Shown here in pieces: positions 1-11,291 of a stretch of 64,000 nt of DNA; position 1 is the first letter of the stretch; each line of letters begins with the position of its first letter. The translations under genes and the position numbers were made by a program. Below the pieces are notes generated by a model. It had not been told where the DNA came from. It ran no database searches and saw only the letters and a list, made by a program, of their open reading frames with translations. Origin of the DNA: Methanofastidiosum sp. (GTDB lineage: Archaea; Methanobacteriota_B; Thermococci; Methanofastidiosales; Methanofastidiosaceae); NCBI GenBank assembly GCA_013178285.1, contig JABLXD010000007.1, positions 18,093-82,092 on the forward strand, given 5' to 3'.

Positions 1-75
1 ACAAGATATTACTCATTAATCAATGCAAGCTACAAAGGCTCTTTTAATGATTTATATTATGAAATAATAGAGTGA

Positions 76-780
76 TTACTCTATTACAATCAAAGCATCT
101 ACAGCCACAGCACCTTTTTCGGAAACAAATACGGGATTTAAATCAAGTTCTTTTACTTCTGGAAAATCAGAAACAAATTTTGATACTTTAAGCATAATGT
201 CCACTAGTGCATCTATATCTGATGGTTTCTCTCCCCTGACCCCACAAAGCATCTGATGTGATCTAATCTCAGAAATCATTTCGTATGCATCTTCCTTTTC
301 TATAGGGATAATCCTAAATGATACGTCTTTTAATACTTCAACAAAGATACCACCAAGTCCAAACATGAGGACATGGCCGAATTGATTGTCTTTAGAAACT
401 CCTATAATAACTTCTCTTTGCTTTGGCATCATGTGCTGGACTATTACACCTCTTATGTCTGCATCAGGCTTAAAGTTCTTTGAGTTCTGTATTACCTTCC
501 TATATCCTTCTAAAATATCCTCTGCTTTTGATAAATTCAAAAATACTGCACCTGCATCGGTCTTGTGTTGGATATCGGGTGACGCAATTTTTAGTACTAC
601 CGGATACTCTACTTTTCTTGCAATCTTTAGTACTTCTTCTTCAGAAGTTGCAATTCCTTCTTTTGGTACTTTTATCCCATAAGCTTTCATTATTTCCTTA
701 GCTTCATGTTCCATCAAAGAATTTCTTCCTTCAGATTTTACAAATTCCAATATTTTCCTTACGCTCTCTATGGATATCAC
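76..780 (-). CDS. acdB: Acetyl-CoA synthetase (ADP-forming), beta subunit (ATP-grasp domain)
   Basis: The 234 aa protein has ATP-grasp-like motifs (VVLKIASPDIQHKTDAGAV). It overlaps the downstream end of the alpha-subunit gene by about 50 nt, which is the typical two-gene ACD arrangement. Confidence 0.75.
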   Translation of the reverse strand: MISIESVRKILEFVKSEGRNSLMEHEAKEIMKAYGIKVPKEGIATSEEEVLKIARKVEYPVVLKIASPDIQHKTDAGAVFLNLSKAEDILEGYRKVIQNSKNFKPDADIRGVIVQHMMPKQREVIIGVSKDNQFGHVLMFGLGGIFVEVLKDVSFRIIPIEKEDAYEMISEIRSHQMLCGVRGEKPSDIDALVDIMLKVSKFVSDFPEVKELDLNPVFVSEKGAVAVDALIVIE

Positions 781-2140
781 CTCGAACTATTGCATGATTA
801 ACTAAGGCGTATGCTGCTCTAGCTGCTCTCTCAGGAGAAGGATAAACTGCAAGTCCACCTTCTTCCAATTTTCTAAGACATGGAGTTATGATTTCTCCTC
901 CTGCTGCCAGAATAATAATGGGTTTATCAGAATTCTTTTTAATATTGAGGATTATGTCTGCAGAATCTAAGGAAAGTGTTGGAACCTGAAGTAACAAAAT
1001 AACTACGATTAAACCTACGTCTTTATCTTCCATAAGGGCTTTTAGAGCAATTTCATAACGTTCTTTATCTGCATCTCCAACTAAGTCCATTGGATTTGAA
1101 ACAACTACTCTTTCGGGAAACTGGGTCTTTAGCTTTTCTACTGTGTCTTCACCCAAATTGGCAAGTCTAAGTCCATTCATTTCTAATGCATCTGCGGTCA
1201 TTACCCCTAGTCCACCGGCATTAGTCAAAATTGCAACCCCATCACTCTTAGGATAAACCTGTTTTTCTAGAGCTTTTGCCATGTCAAAAAGTTCTTCAAA
1301 ATTACTTGCCCTTATTATGTGAGATTGTTTAAATGCAGAGTCATATATTATATCCTCTCCTGCAAGGCTTCCAGTATGACTTGAAGCGGCTTTAGCTCCA
1401 GATTTAGTTTTGCCGGATTTCAATGCAAGAATAGGAACTTTTTTTGAGGCCCTTTTTGCAGATTCCATAAATCTAAGACCACGACGTATACCTTCAATAT
1501 ACAAACAAATAACTTTTGAGGTTTCATCATCATATAAATAGTCAATAAGGTCGGCTTCATTGACATCTATTTTATTTCCATAGCTTACAACTTTTGATAT
1601 TCCAATTCTTTCCTTACTTGTCCAGTCCAATATAAGTCCTGCAAATGCCCCGCTCTGTGAAATAAAAGAAATATTACCTTTTTGGGGGAAAGAAATTTTC
1701 TCCTTTGATAAAAATACTGTATTTACGCCAGAAAAATTATCATAAATTCCTATACAATTTGGGCCTATTATTCTAATGCCATATTTATTAGATATCTCTA
1801 ATAGATTAGCTTCCCTCTCTTTTTCTCCAATTTCTGAAAAGCCTCCAGAAACTATAACTACTCCCTTTACACCTTTTTTACCACATTCCTCTAAAACGTC
1901 AGCAACATATTGTGCTGGAATGGCTATAACTGCCATTTCAATAGTTTTGGGCACGTCAAGTATACTCTTGTAACTAGGTTTGCCAAAAATAGGTTTTTGT
2001 TTAATATTTATTGGGTATAGTTCTCCGGGAAAATCTTCAAGGAGATTTTTCATTATTTCATAACCCACACTCCCAACTGTATCTGAAGCGCCTATGACGG
2101 CTATAGAAGAAGGATTAAAAAAGAAATCTAAGTCTTTCAT
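731..2140 (-). CDS. acdA: Acetyl-CoA synthetase (ADP-forming), alpha subunit (CoA-binding / succinyl-CoA-synthetase-like domains)
   Basis: The 469 aa protein has an N-terminal CoA-binding Rossmann region (IAVIGASDTVGSVGY) and a CoA-ligase domain (GPNCIG). Its size and its pairing with the beta subunit match archaeal ACD I. Confidence 0.8.
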   Translation of the reverse strand: MKDLDFFFNPSSIAVIGASDTVGSVGYEIMKNLLEDFPGELYPINIKQKPIFGKPSYKSILDVPKTIEMAVIAIPAQYVADVLEECGKKGVKGVVIVSGGFSEIGEKEREANLLEISNKYGIRIIGPNCIGIYDNFSGVNTVFLSKEKISFPQKGNISFISQSGAFAGLILDWTSKERIGISKVVSYGNKIDVNEADLIDYLYDDETSKVICLYIEGIRRGLRFMESAKRASKKVPILALKSGKTKSGAKAASSHTGSLAGEDIIYDSAFKQSHIIRASNFEELFDMAKALEKQVYPKSDGVAILTNAGGLGVMTADALEMNGLRLANLGEDTVEKLKTQFPERVVVSNPMDLVGDADKERYEIALKALMEDKDVGLIVVILLLQVPTLSLDSADIILNIKKNSDKPIIILAAGGEIITPCLRKLEEGGLAVYPSPERAARAAYALVNHAIVRGDIHRERKENIGICKI

Positions 2141-2191
2141 ATTTTCACAAACTTCTATGGTATTAGCTAATTTAAATATATTTTGTAAAAT

Positions 2192-3704
2192 CTATATTTT
2201 TATCAATTCATCTTTTAATATAGATCTAGTCCTGCCCACAGTTTCTGGGTTAATAGAGTCCCCAAATATATCGTTGAATATCCTATAATATAATAGTTCT
2301 TCTTTTGATCTTAAAATTGTATTTTTTCCTATATTTTTTTCTTTGTCGAATTCCTTATTCGATATCTGATTCTCTGCATGATTTGCCATCAAATCTTTTG
2401 ACCCGGCACCATGAGAGAATTTTTCTTTTGGCCTATGAATTTTCATACGGCAGCATATCTTTGAATGCTTCTCTTAAAATATATTTTTCAACTCTTTTTT
2501 TGTGATGTAATTTCCAGGTTACAGGGATCCCTAATGAAGTTTCAATAACATTTTTGTCCAGAAAAGGTACTCTTGCTTCTAAACTAAATGCCATGGTCAT
2601 CCTATCGGTACGTTGAAGATTTGTGTTATGTAGGTTAGATATCAGATTATATAATTCACTTTGAAATTCATACGGATTAGATATTTCTGACATGTATTTA
2701 TATCCACCAAACAATTCATCTGCGCCCTCACCAGTTAATATTACTTTAACATATTTTGAAGCCAGCTTTGCTAGAAAATAATTTGGGACTGCGCTTCGAA
2801 TTAATGCAGCATCAAAAGACTCCAAGTGCTTTATCACTGTAGGGAGGGCTTTTAGAATATCTTCAGCATCATATAAATAAGTATGATGATTAGTATCCAA
2901 ATATTCAGAAACCATTAAGGATAATTCCAAATCTTTACATCCAAGTGTACCCACAGCAAAAGTATCCAAAGGATCTTTTTGCTCTCTTGCTAGGGCCGTT
3001 ATAATACTACTATCAAGCCCACCACTTAAAGCAACGCCAAGTGGAACATTTTCATCTACAATCAATCTTAAGTTAACAGCCTTTTTTAGAGAGTCTTTTA
3101 TTTTAATTAAATCTTCCTCCAAAAATGGATCTGTTTTTAGATTTGGTATTAATGAATTAGAGAAATCATAATATTTTTTGAATCCAAAGTTGGAATGCCA
3201 ATATGTTCCACTAGGGAATTCAATAATTCTCCCGCCTAAACCTGATAGGGCTTTAATCTCTGAAGCAAAATAAATTGTGTCTTCATTTATTATATAATAC
3301 AAAGGTTTAATCCCAATAGGATCCCTTGCCAAAAATAAGCTATTTTTGTTAATTATAGCAAATGAAAACATACCATTAAATTTGTTCACGATTTCTGGGC
3401 CATACTTTAAATAAAGTCTTAAAATTGTTTCTGTGTCCGAATCGGTTGAAAATTCCTCATCTGTGAGTGAACGAAGATTCTGATGATTGTATATCTCTCC
3501 ATTAAAAACTATTAAATGATCTTTATATTCCATTGGTTGTATCCCAGAATCAACATCAATAATGGCAAGCCTGCAGTGTCCATAGACGCCCATTTCAGAT
3601 TCAATAATATTGTTGTCGTCTGGCCCTCTATGAAGAATTTTAAATAATCCTTTTGATACACTATTCTTATCTTTGCTAGGAAAGCTTCCAATAAAACCAC
3701 ACAT
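2192..3704 (-). CDS. asnB: Asparagine synthetase (glutamine-hydrolysing) AsnB, interrupted by a single-nucleotide frameshift near 2440-2446
   Basis: The 423 aa ORF (2433-3704) starts with Met-Cys (MCGF, a class II Ntn amidotransferase nucleophile) and has the PP-loop SGGLDSS. The 84 aa ORF (2192-2446) in another frame carries the AsnB C-terminal signature (HRPKEKFSHGAGS, LLYYRIFNDIFG). The junction lies in an A4/T4 run (gaaaat). Confidence 0.75.
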
Positions 3705-3824
3705 TATGCTCCCTCCTAAAGAATAAAATTAGTAAATAAAATCTTTAGGAATCTTCTTCTAGAGAATCTTTTGGGAGGGCCTTTAAATAATTAACTATTT
3801 TTAAAAATAAATAGAAAAGATTAT

Positions 3825-5696
3825 TCAAGAAGATTTGATGATTTCTTCTATCTTTTCTTTTACGATTTTATTAATTAAACTACCATCTACTTTTCCCCTA
3901 AATTCCTTCATGCATAAACCCATTAGTGGAGAAATAGCACGGTCTCCTTTTTCTATTATGAAATCTCTTTTCTCTAGGATAATTTTCTCAATTGCAGATT
4001 CAACGTCAGAAGAATTGTTCTCTGAAGAGAACTCTGATAAGACTTTTTCAATATCTTCTCCTTTTGAAACTCTCTTCAAAACCTCTTCAATCCCTTCTTT
4101 TGCTATAATCCCTTTTGATACTTTTTCAAAGAGTAAGTATAGGATTTCATCATCTGTTACATATCCTTCTTCTCTTTCTAGATTTTTTGAAAGATCTAAA
4201 GCTTTTATAAATATAGTAGATTTTATATCAAGGGAAGATGAAACTTTTTCAAAAAGTTCAGGGCCTTCATAAACTATTCTTTCCGCCTCTTCCTTCTTAA
4301 GCCCATATTTGTCGATAAATCTGTTAACCTTCTCATCAAAAGTTTCAGGCAGATTAATTTTAATTTTTTCTATTAATTCTGATTGAATAGAAAATGGAGG
4401 GATATCGGTTTCAGGATACATCCTTGCCCTTCCTGGAAGTGGACGAGAATATTTTGAATTCCCATCTTCTAATGCATCCCTTGTTTCATTGGGAACTTCA
4501 GAAAATGCCTTTTTGCACCTCTCAAAGACTTCTTCTAAAGCCTTATAGCATATGTTCTCCTTCCCAGTTACGATAACAAAAGAATCCATTTCTTCAATCT
4601 TAAGTTTTGTTTTTACTTTAGTTACTTCATCTATTGTTATTCCATAGTTTGGAAGTTCATCTATATGGAATAGTCCAGAGAGTCCATATGTTTTCACATG
4701 ATCCGCTAGTTCTGTTCCAAATCTTCGCCCTTTTTGAATTTCATTTCCAAGAATTCCTCTGAAATTTTTCAATTTTATTGCATAGACTCCTCCATTCTTT
4801 TTGATGGAACTAGCAATTATCTTAGATGAAGTATTATTAAAAATATCAGTAAGTTCAGTGACCTTAAACTCAAGATCTTTTTCAGATCCTCTTTTATACA
4901 ATTCTTTCTTAATTTCAACGAGATTGATCTGTCTTTCAATTTCTCTTTCAATCCATAAAGGTATCATTTCTAGTTTTTGGACTCCTTTTAGTTCAACTCT
5001 TCCACCTTCTCTAATGGAAACATTTAGATCTTGTCTTATTGTTCCTAAACCTCTCTTTACCTTCCCCGTTGCCCTTAAGATTTGCCCCAAAATATATGCC
5101 GCTTCTTTTGCCTGTTCGGGATTAGAAATATCGGGGCCAGTAGCTATTTCAACTAAAGGTATTCCCAATCTATCAAGCCTAAATGTTTTAGTGGTATCAT
5201 CTTGACTAATTAATCTAGCCGCGTCTTCCTCGAGACATACTGTTAGAATTGAAACTGGACCTTCTTTAGTTTCAATGTATCCATCTGTTGATATAAGCAT
5301 GGTTCTCTGAAAAGCAGAGGTATTTGATCCATCAAGAACAGTTTTTCTCATCACCTGTATCTCTTCAACTATATTAGAATTAAGCAGTAAAGAAACTTCA
5401 ACTCCAATTACCTTGGCTTCTTCAGAAACAAGATGGGGTGGTTCTTCATCAAGTTCAACTAGACAGTTTGTATCATAATATTGGTAGATATAGGTTTTAC
5501 CCCTCATATATTCTTTTAAAGCGGCAACGTCTACTTCACCTATTTCAGAAGGGGTTGGCCTTAGTTTTCTTTCAATTGTATCAAAAGGATCATCAGTTCT
5601 AAGAACTGTTGGACAATCACAAAATAGTTTTCTTTTAGTATTTAATTGTTGATGGATTTCTAATCCTACTCTAAGTCCAAGTTCCTTATAGTCCAT
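3825..5696 (-). CDS. gatE: Glutamyl-tRNA(Gln) amidotransferase subunit E
   Basis: The 623 aa protein has the GatE N-terminus MDYKELGLRVGLEIHQQLNT..KLFCDCPT. It overlaps gatD by 11 nt. Confidence 0.9.
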   Translation of the reverse strand: MDYKELGLRVGLEIHQQLNTKRKLFCDCPTVLRTDDPFDTIERKLRPTPSEIGEVDVAALKEYMRGKTYIYQYYDTNCLVELDEEPPHLVSEEAKVIGVEVSLLLNSNIVEEIQVMRKTVLDGSNTSAFQRTMLISTDGYIETKEGPVSILTVCLEEDAARLISQDDTTKTFRLDRLGIPLVEIATGPDISNPEQAKEAAYILGQILRATGKVKRGLGTIRQDLNVSIREGGRVELKGVQKLEMIPLWIEREIERQINLVEIKKELYKRGSEKDLEFKVTELTDIFNNTSSKIIASSIKKNGGVYAIKLKNFRGILGNEIQKGRRFGTELADHVKTYGLSGLFHIDELPNYGITIDEVTKVKTKLKIEEMDSFVIVTGKENICYKALEEVFERCKKAFSEVPNETRDALEDGNSKYSRPLPGRARMYPETDIPPFSIQSELIEKIKINLPETFDEKVNRFIDKYGLKKEEAERIVYEGPELFEKVSSSLDIKSTIFIKALDLSKNLEREEGYVTDDEILYLLFEKVSKGIIAKEGIEEVLKRVSKGEDIEKVLSEFSSENNSSDVESAIEKIILEKRDFIIEKGDRAISPLMGLCMKEFRGKVDGSLINKIVKEKIEEIIKSS

Positions 5697-6975
5697 TCTT
5701 ATCCCCCTTTATACGATAGTTTATCTCTCCAGCCATATTATCAAGCATGTTTCTTTTTACCTCAAAGTAGTCGTTTGTGTGGCCTAAAATCCAAGATAGT
5801 TTGAGATATGCCGTTTCAGGTAGCATATCTTCAGCGTATATTACACCCATCTCTTCCATTATCCTTCCGTTGGAGTACACAAATGGGTCTACCCTACCAA
5901 ATAGGCACTGTGTTGCAAAAACAACTATTATGCCTTGCTCCCTCGCTCTTTTAATTGAATTTACCCAAGAAAACTTTTCATTAATTGTATCTGTTGGAAC
6001 ATGACCTAGAGCTGACGCCTCAATCACTAACCCTTTGTATCCTTTGTCAATATAATAATCAAGGATTTCTGGGTTAAAATTTGGATATGCCTTAATAATT
6101 GCAGTCCTTTCTTCCATCTCTATGTCCGCATATACTTCATTATCGTCATTTCTTAATCTATAATCTGATATTTTCTCAAATTTTCCATTCATGAATACTT
6201 TGGCTAAAGGAGATGTATTTATGGGCCTAAATGTATCCCTTCTTGTAGAATGCATTTTTCTGACTTTTGTTCCTCTTAGGACATTGCAATAGGTATCGCT
6301 CATTTCTCCGTGCATCACTATAACAGCTTCACCCATATCTGACTGCCCGGCGATATATGAAGCACATATTAAATTCATAGAACCATCAAAACTTCCCCTA
6401 TCAGGACTTCTTTGTGCACCTACTAGACAAACTGGTTTTGATAGATTTTGGAGCATGAAGGATAATGCAGCGGAAGTATAATGTAGTGTATCAGTTCCAT
6501 GAGTGATAATAACTCCTTTTGATCCAGCGTTTAATTCTTTCGCTGCTTCTTTGGCCAATATTCTATAGCATTCAAAAGTCATTGATTCGGAGGCTATCTG
6601 AAAAGGAGATGAGATATTTCTAAAAGTTGCTATATCTGAGAGTTCAGGTGCCATAAAAAATATTTCTTCCGGTTTCATAAGCCATCTGACTCCCCCCGTT
6701 TCATAATCTACTCTCGAAGCGATTGTCCCTCCTGTAGAAATCAAAGATATTTCAGGGATATCCTTACGTTTTTGGAACTTAACTTCAGAAAATATTTTTG
6801 GTTTTTCTTTTTTCTCTACGTTTATTATTTCAACGGACTCTTTTCTAAAACCAATATTATATCCATTAGATAATTTAATAATAATTGAATCTTTTTTAGG
6901 AGAAGGTATGACTATTCCTTCGTAACTAATTTTACCCCTCCTTAATGTAATAACATCTCCAACTTGTGGCTCCAT
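5686..6975 (-). CDS. gatD: Glutamyl-tRNA(Gln) amidotransferase subunit D (asparaginase-like)
   Basis: The 429 aa protein has the L-asparaginase motif STGGTIAS after an N-terminal extension. It forms an operon with gatE, which is archaea-specific. Confidence 0.9.
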   Translation of the reverse strand: MEPQVGDVITLRRGKISYEGIVIPSPKKDSIIIKLSNGYNIGFRKESVEIINVEKKEKPKIFSEVKFQKRKDIPEISLISTGGTIASRVDYETGGVRWLMKPEEIFFMAPELSDIATFRNISSPFQIASESMTFECYRILAKEAAKELNAGSKGVIITHGTDTLHYTSAALSFMLQNLSKPVCLVGAQRSPDRGSFDGSMNLICASYIAGQSDMGEAVIVMHGEMSDTYCNVLRGTKVRKMHSTRRDTFRPINTSPLAKVFMNGKFEKISDYRLRNDDNEVYADIEMEERTAIIKAYPNFNPEILDYYIDKGYKGLVIEASALGHVPTDTINEKFSWVNSIKRAREQGIIVVFATQCLFGRVDPFVYSNGRIMEEMGVIYAEDMLPETAYLKLSWILGHTNDYFEVKRNMLDNMAGEINYRIKGDKNGL

Positions 6976-7060
6976 ATTTAAGAATAAGAAGAATACTATA
7001 TAAGTGTTTTACATATTAAAAAAATTAGAAAATAAAATAATAGATGAAATAAAAATAGAT

Positions 7061-8308
7061 TTAGTAACCAAACCCTCTTGCCTTCATTGCGTCGACTACT
7101 CTTTGGATTGCAACTGCATAAGAAGCTGTTCTCATGTCAATGTTGTATTTTTCCTTAGCCGCGATTACGTCCCAGAAAGCTTTTGTCATCTTCTTGTCAA
7201 GTTTTTCGTATACTTCATCTGCAGACCAGTAGTAATTCATTAGATTCTGGACCCACTCAAAGTAAGATACTGTTACACCACCTGCATTGCATAAGAAGTC
7301 AGGTAGCTGGTAAACTCCCTTTTTAATAAGTATTTCATCGGCTTCAGGGGTAACTGGCCCGTTTGCAAGTTCGGCCACCATTTTTGCTTGGATCTTGTCT
7401 GCATTTTTAGCAGTGATTTGATTTTCAAGTGCAGAAGGACATAGGATATCACATTTAAGGAATAATAGTTCTTCATTAGTTATGTTTTTTGCACCAGGGA
7501 AGTCCACGACAGAGCCTGTTTTTTCCTTATGCTCAAGGACCTTATATGGGTCAAGTCCTGCTTCGTTATAAATTCCTCCTTGAGAATCAGAAACAGCTAT
7601 GACTTTTGAACCTTGGTCATGTAGGAATTGTGCAATGTATGAACCTGCATTTCCATATCCCTGAACTGCAGTTGTTGTTTTCTTCATATCCCATTTCAAA
7701 TACTTTACATATTCTCTAATTGTGTACCATGCACCTTTTGCAGTTGCGTCTCCTCTTCCTAGTGAACCCCCTATAGACAAAGGCTTTCCGGTAATAACTC
7801 CTGGAGAGTAGTGTTGCCTTATCTTAGAGAATTCATCCATCATCCATCCCATTATTTTTGGATTGGTATAAACATCAGGAGCTGGAACATCTAACTCTGG
7901 ACCAATAAATTTGTAAATTGCTGCAATAAATCCTCTGGAAAGTCTCTCAATTTCTCGATCGCTCATTTCCTTTGGATTACAAATTATTCCTCCTTTTCCC
8001 CCTCCGTATGGGATATCGACGACTGCGCATTTCCACGTCATCCAAGCGGCAAGTGCCCTTACTTCTGATGGAGATACATTCCAGTGATATCTTATACCTC
8101 CTTTTGTTGGACCTCTGGCATCGTTATATTGACATCTATAACCAGTAAAAACCTTAACATTACCATTGTCCATAGTAACTGGCACGGTTACCTCAAGAAA
8201 TCTTTTTGGCCTTTTAAGTGCCTCGTATATTCCTTCATCAAGTTTCAGAACTTTGTTTACTTTTTCAAGTTGTTTTAATACATTTTCAAAAGGATCTATG
8301 TTTTCCAT
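7061..8308 (-). CDS. gdhA: Glutamate dehydrogenase (Glu/Leu/Phe/Val dehydrogenase family)
   Basis: The 415 aa protein has the GGGKGG glycine-rich motif, the K-containing catalytic region and an NAD(P)-binding GYGNAGSY motif. Confidence 0.9.
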   Translation of the reverse strand: MENIDPFENVLKQLEKVNKVLKLDEGIYEALKRPKRFLEVTVPVTMDNGNVKVFTGYRCQYNDARGPTKGGIRYHWNVSPSEVRALAAWMTWKCAVVDIPYGGGKGGIICNPKEMSDREIERLSRGFIAAIYKFIGPELDVPAPDVYTNPKIMGWMMDEFSKIRQHYSPGVITGKPLSIGGSLGRGDATAKGAWYTIREYVKYLKWDMKKTTTAVQGYGNAGSYIAQFLHDQGSKVIAVSDSQGGIYNEAGLDPYKVLEHKEKTGSVVDFPGAKNITNEELLFLKCDILCPSALENQITAKNADKIQAKMVAELANGPVTPEADEILIKKGVYQLPDFLCNAGGVTVSYFEWVQNLMNYYWSADEVYEKLDKKMTKAFWDVIAAKEKYNIDMRTASYAVAIQRVVDAMKARGFGY

Positions 8309-8510
8309 AGAATACCTCCCCTTTGGAATGTTAAATTTTTAAGTATTTAAATCTTAGTTATTTTCTTTGGCAGAAAAAGTTACAATTTGACATTAAATTA
8401 TCAAACATAATGCCAGTTTTACCTATTTTAAAATTAATTAGATTATAAATGGCCTTAAATTGTACAAAAAAATAAGTGAAAAAATAGTTAAGCCGTACGA
8501 TATTCGGAGG

Positions 8511-9131
8511 TTATATATCCTCTTCCATAAGGGTAACCATATACTTGTTAAATAGAAGATCTTTCCCTGGAAAACTTTCCCCATGTCCTGGAAAAACTTC
8601 TTTAACTTTAATATCGCATAGCTTTTTTAAAGATTCCTTTAAATCTTCAAGACTTCCGGATGGCAAGTCATATCTGCCAACTGATCCTTTGAAAACGGTG
8701 TCACCTGAAAAGAGGTAACTCTTATCTTCTTCAAGTAGGCACATTGATCCTGATGTATGCCCAGGTGTATGAATTACTTTAAGCAAGTAATCTCCAAGAT
8801 CAATTTCATCGTTTTCTTTGAGGGGATTTACATCTTTAAATCCTTCAAAAGTTTCTGAAAATCCCCAGAAAAAAGTTTTCTCTGATCCATTCTTTATGTC
8901 AAGGTAGTCTTTTTCATGCGCATATATCGGTACCTGAAAAAATTTATTGCCGCCGATATGGTCGTAGTGACAATGCGTATTAATAATAATATCTATTTGT
9001 AAATCATTTTCATCTACATAATCGTATATTCTGTAGTTTTTGTATGTTCCTGTATCAATTAGTGCAGTTATATCACTTTCAAGGATGTAACAATTAGAGT
9101 CAACACCAATGGACTCTATAAAATGAAACAT
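8511..9131 (-). CDS. MBL-fold metallo-hydrolase (glyoxalase II-like)
   Basis: The 206 aa protein has the HxHxDH motif (HCHYDHIGG) and the later His/Asp ligands HTPGHT and GD. Confidence 0.7.
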   Translation of the reverse strand: MFHFIESIGVDSNCYILESDITALIDTGTYKNYRIYDYVDENDLQIDIIINTHCHYDHIGGNKFFQVPIYAHEKDYLDIKNGSEKTFFWGFSETFEGFKDVNPLKENDEIDLGDYLLKVIHTPGHTSGSMCLLEEDKSYLFSGDTVFKGSVGRYDLPSGSLEDLKESLKKLCDIKVKEVFPGHGESFPGKDLLFNKYMVTLMEEDI

Positions 9132-9135
9132 TTAA

Positions 9136-11130
9136 TCACGCTTGTACTCCTAGAGATTCTTTTAATTTTGTTAGATTTTTAATAAAATCTGAATTTTTAT
9201 TTGTTATTAGTACATAGCTCAAAATATCTTCTAGTCTCTTTACTGGAACTATTTTAATCTGTTCTCTCTTTGATTTTTCTATGTATACGTCATCTTTGTT
9301 TGAGTCAGGGATAATTACTTCTTTCATTCCACTCTCTAGGGCAGCCTCTATTTTAGCAGTGACTCCGCCTATTGGAAGAACATCACCTCTAACTGAAAGT
9401 GACCCAGTCATTGCAACATCTTGTCTTATTGGAAGTTCTTCGAGTGCAGAGATAACTGCTGTTGCAACAGATACACTAGCACTATCTCCTTCAACCCCTT
9501 CATATGCTTGAAGGAACTGGATAGTAATATCAAAGCTAGATAAATCCTTGTTCGAATATCTCTTTATTAAAGAGGATACAATAGATATTGACTCCTTTGC
9601 AATTTCTCCGAGTTTTCCTGTTGCAATTACATTTCCATGAGATTTTGAGGAGGATCTACTAACACCGACCTCTATAGGCGTAATAATTCCACTTCCTTCA
9701 CCCAAAACAGCAAGCCCGTTAACTTTTCCTATCTGGGCCCCTGTGGATCCAAATATCTGGTAAGCTTTTTTCCTATCAATATAGTCATCAGCTATTTGAT
9801 GTTCAAGAGACCTAGAAAGTTTTCTTGCTTCAACAATATGCTCAACTGTAACAATATTATCTCCTCTAGATAATGCTACGTCGCCAGCTGCCCTTACCAT
9901 TCCACCAAGTTCTCTCAATCTCAAGGTAAGGTGATTCTTTCTGTTACTTCTCCTTCTTGCTTCTTGAACAATTTCAGCTACTGCGTCAAGGGAGAAATGT
10001 GGTATTTTTGCATCTTTTTTAACTTCCTGTGCAACAAATCTTACAATCTTTTTAATGTTCTCTTCGTTGGCAGGCATTGAATTTTCCATGTAAACTTCAT
10101 AACCATAACCTCTAACTCTTGAACGTAATGCAGGGTGCATGTCTCTTAAAGTTTCAAGATTTCCGGCAGCAACTAAAACAAAGTTACAGGGAACTTTTTC
10201 AGTTCTAACCATTGCACCAGAACTCATTTCGCTTTGCCCAGTTATGGGATATGCTTTTTCTTGCATACCTGTAAGAATGGCTTGTTGCATCTGGATTTTT
10301 AATGTTGAGATTTCATCTATGAACAGTAATCCTTTGTGAGCCTTGTGGATCATACCCGCTTCAACTCTTTCATGCGCAGGCGTACCAAGCCCTCCCGACT
10401 GGAATGGGTCATGTCTGACATCCCCAAGTAATGCCCCGGCGTGAGCACCTGTTCCATCCAAAAACGGAGCATGGTCCCACTTAGAATTATCAACTAATAC
10501 CTTTGGAATCATGACTTGATTTTTAATCCTAAATGTCTGCCTTCCAAAGAATATAATAACTGCGAGGAAAAGTCCCCAGAGTAACTGTCCTTGAGTTAAT
10601 GCGATTACAACGATTGCACCTATGACAAAGAAAAGTATCATTCTTTTAGTTTCTTCCTGTTTTTTTGCCATAGCTTTGTGCTCATCTATTATGAGCCTAG
10701 CCTTGCCCCTTGGAACAGTTCTTATTCTAGGCGTGTTTGGATCATCAGGATTTGGATATGCCAAGATATCTTCAAGATCCTCTTTTGGCAAAAGTTCTGC
10801 CATTGCCAATCCAAGCATTGATTTTCCTGTTCCAGGTTCTCCTATTAATAGTACATTTCTCCTTTGTTTTGCTGCGGTCTTAACGATTTCAACTGCGTGG
10901 TCCTGACCAATAACTTGATCAATTAAGTTCTCGGGAACTTCTATTTCTTCTGTAGTTGTAACATCATAAAATGATTTAATTTGTTCTCTAACTTTTTTAA
11001 CTTCTTCAGTTATGTCTACTAATTCTTCATTTAATACCTTAACATTATTTTCTTCTGATTCCGGAATAGAAGATTTTTTCTTTGCCATTACTATTTCCTC
11101 TAGAAAGACTTTAGCGTTTATAGTTATCAA
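9136..11130 (-). CDS. lonB: Archaeal membrane-bound ATP-dependent Lon protease (LonB)
   Basis: The 664 aa protein has Walker A GEPGTGKS, two hydrophobic helices inserted in the AAA+ module, and a C-terminal Lon proteolytic domain with Ser-Lys dyad context (MTGSLSVRGDVLPIGGVTAKIEAA). Confidence 0.9.
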   Translation of the reverse strand: MITINAKVFLEEIVMAKKKSSIPESEENNVKVLNEELVDITEEVKKVREQIKSFYDVTTTEEIEVPENLIDQVIGQDHAVEIVKTAAKQRRNVLLIGEPGTGKSMLGLAMAELLPKEDLEDILAYPNPDDPNTPRIRTVPRGKARLIIDEHKAMAKKQEETKRMILFFVIGAIVVIALTQGQLLWGLFLAVIIFFGRQTFRIKNQVMIPKVLVDNSKWDHAPFLDGTGAHAGALLGDVRHDPFQSGGLGTPAHERVEAGMIHKAHKGLLFIDEISTLKIQMQQAILTGMQEKAYPITGQSEMSSGAMVRTEKVPCNFVLVAAGNLETLRDMHPALRSRVRGYGYEVYMENSMPANEENIKKIVRFVAQEVKKDAKIPHFSLDAVAEIVQEARRRSNRKNHLTLRLRELGGMVRAAGDVALSRGDNIVTVEHIVEARKLSRSLEHQIADDYIDRKKAYQIFGSTGAQIGKVNGLAVLGEGSGIITPIEVGVSRSSSKSHGNVIATGKLGEIAKESISIVSSLIKRYSNKDLSSFDITIQFLQAYEGVEGDSASVSVATAVISALEELPIRQDVAMTGSLSVRGDVLPIGGVTAKIEAALESGMKEVIIPDSNKDDVYIEKSKREQIKIVPVKRLEDILSYVLITNKNSDFIKNLTKLKESLGVQA

Positions 11131-11291
11131 GCCTTTAAAAATATATCGTACTTATTATATAAGTTGTATATTTAGCAAATATTTTACATAAATTTATTAT
11201 TGGAATAATCATAAATTAATAAAAAGATGGACAAAATAAAAAAATAGAAAAATATATTAATGATTAGGCATACCAAATTCAAGGTGTTAAA

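Noticed and set aside
386-701. Plus-strand ORFs (98 aa, 73 aa) inside the acdB gene, and the many similar opposite-strand ORFs throughout the track (e.g. 1776-1973, 3835-4272, 4801-5205, 9281-9511, 10622-10906, 14286-14720, 22441-23929, 28186-28481)
   Set aside because: They lie entirely within long, motif-supported genes on the other strand and have low-complexity, Ser/Leu/Ile/Phe-rich translations typical of antisense frames in AT-rich DNA. They have no RBS and no recognisable motifs.
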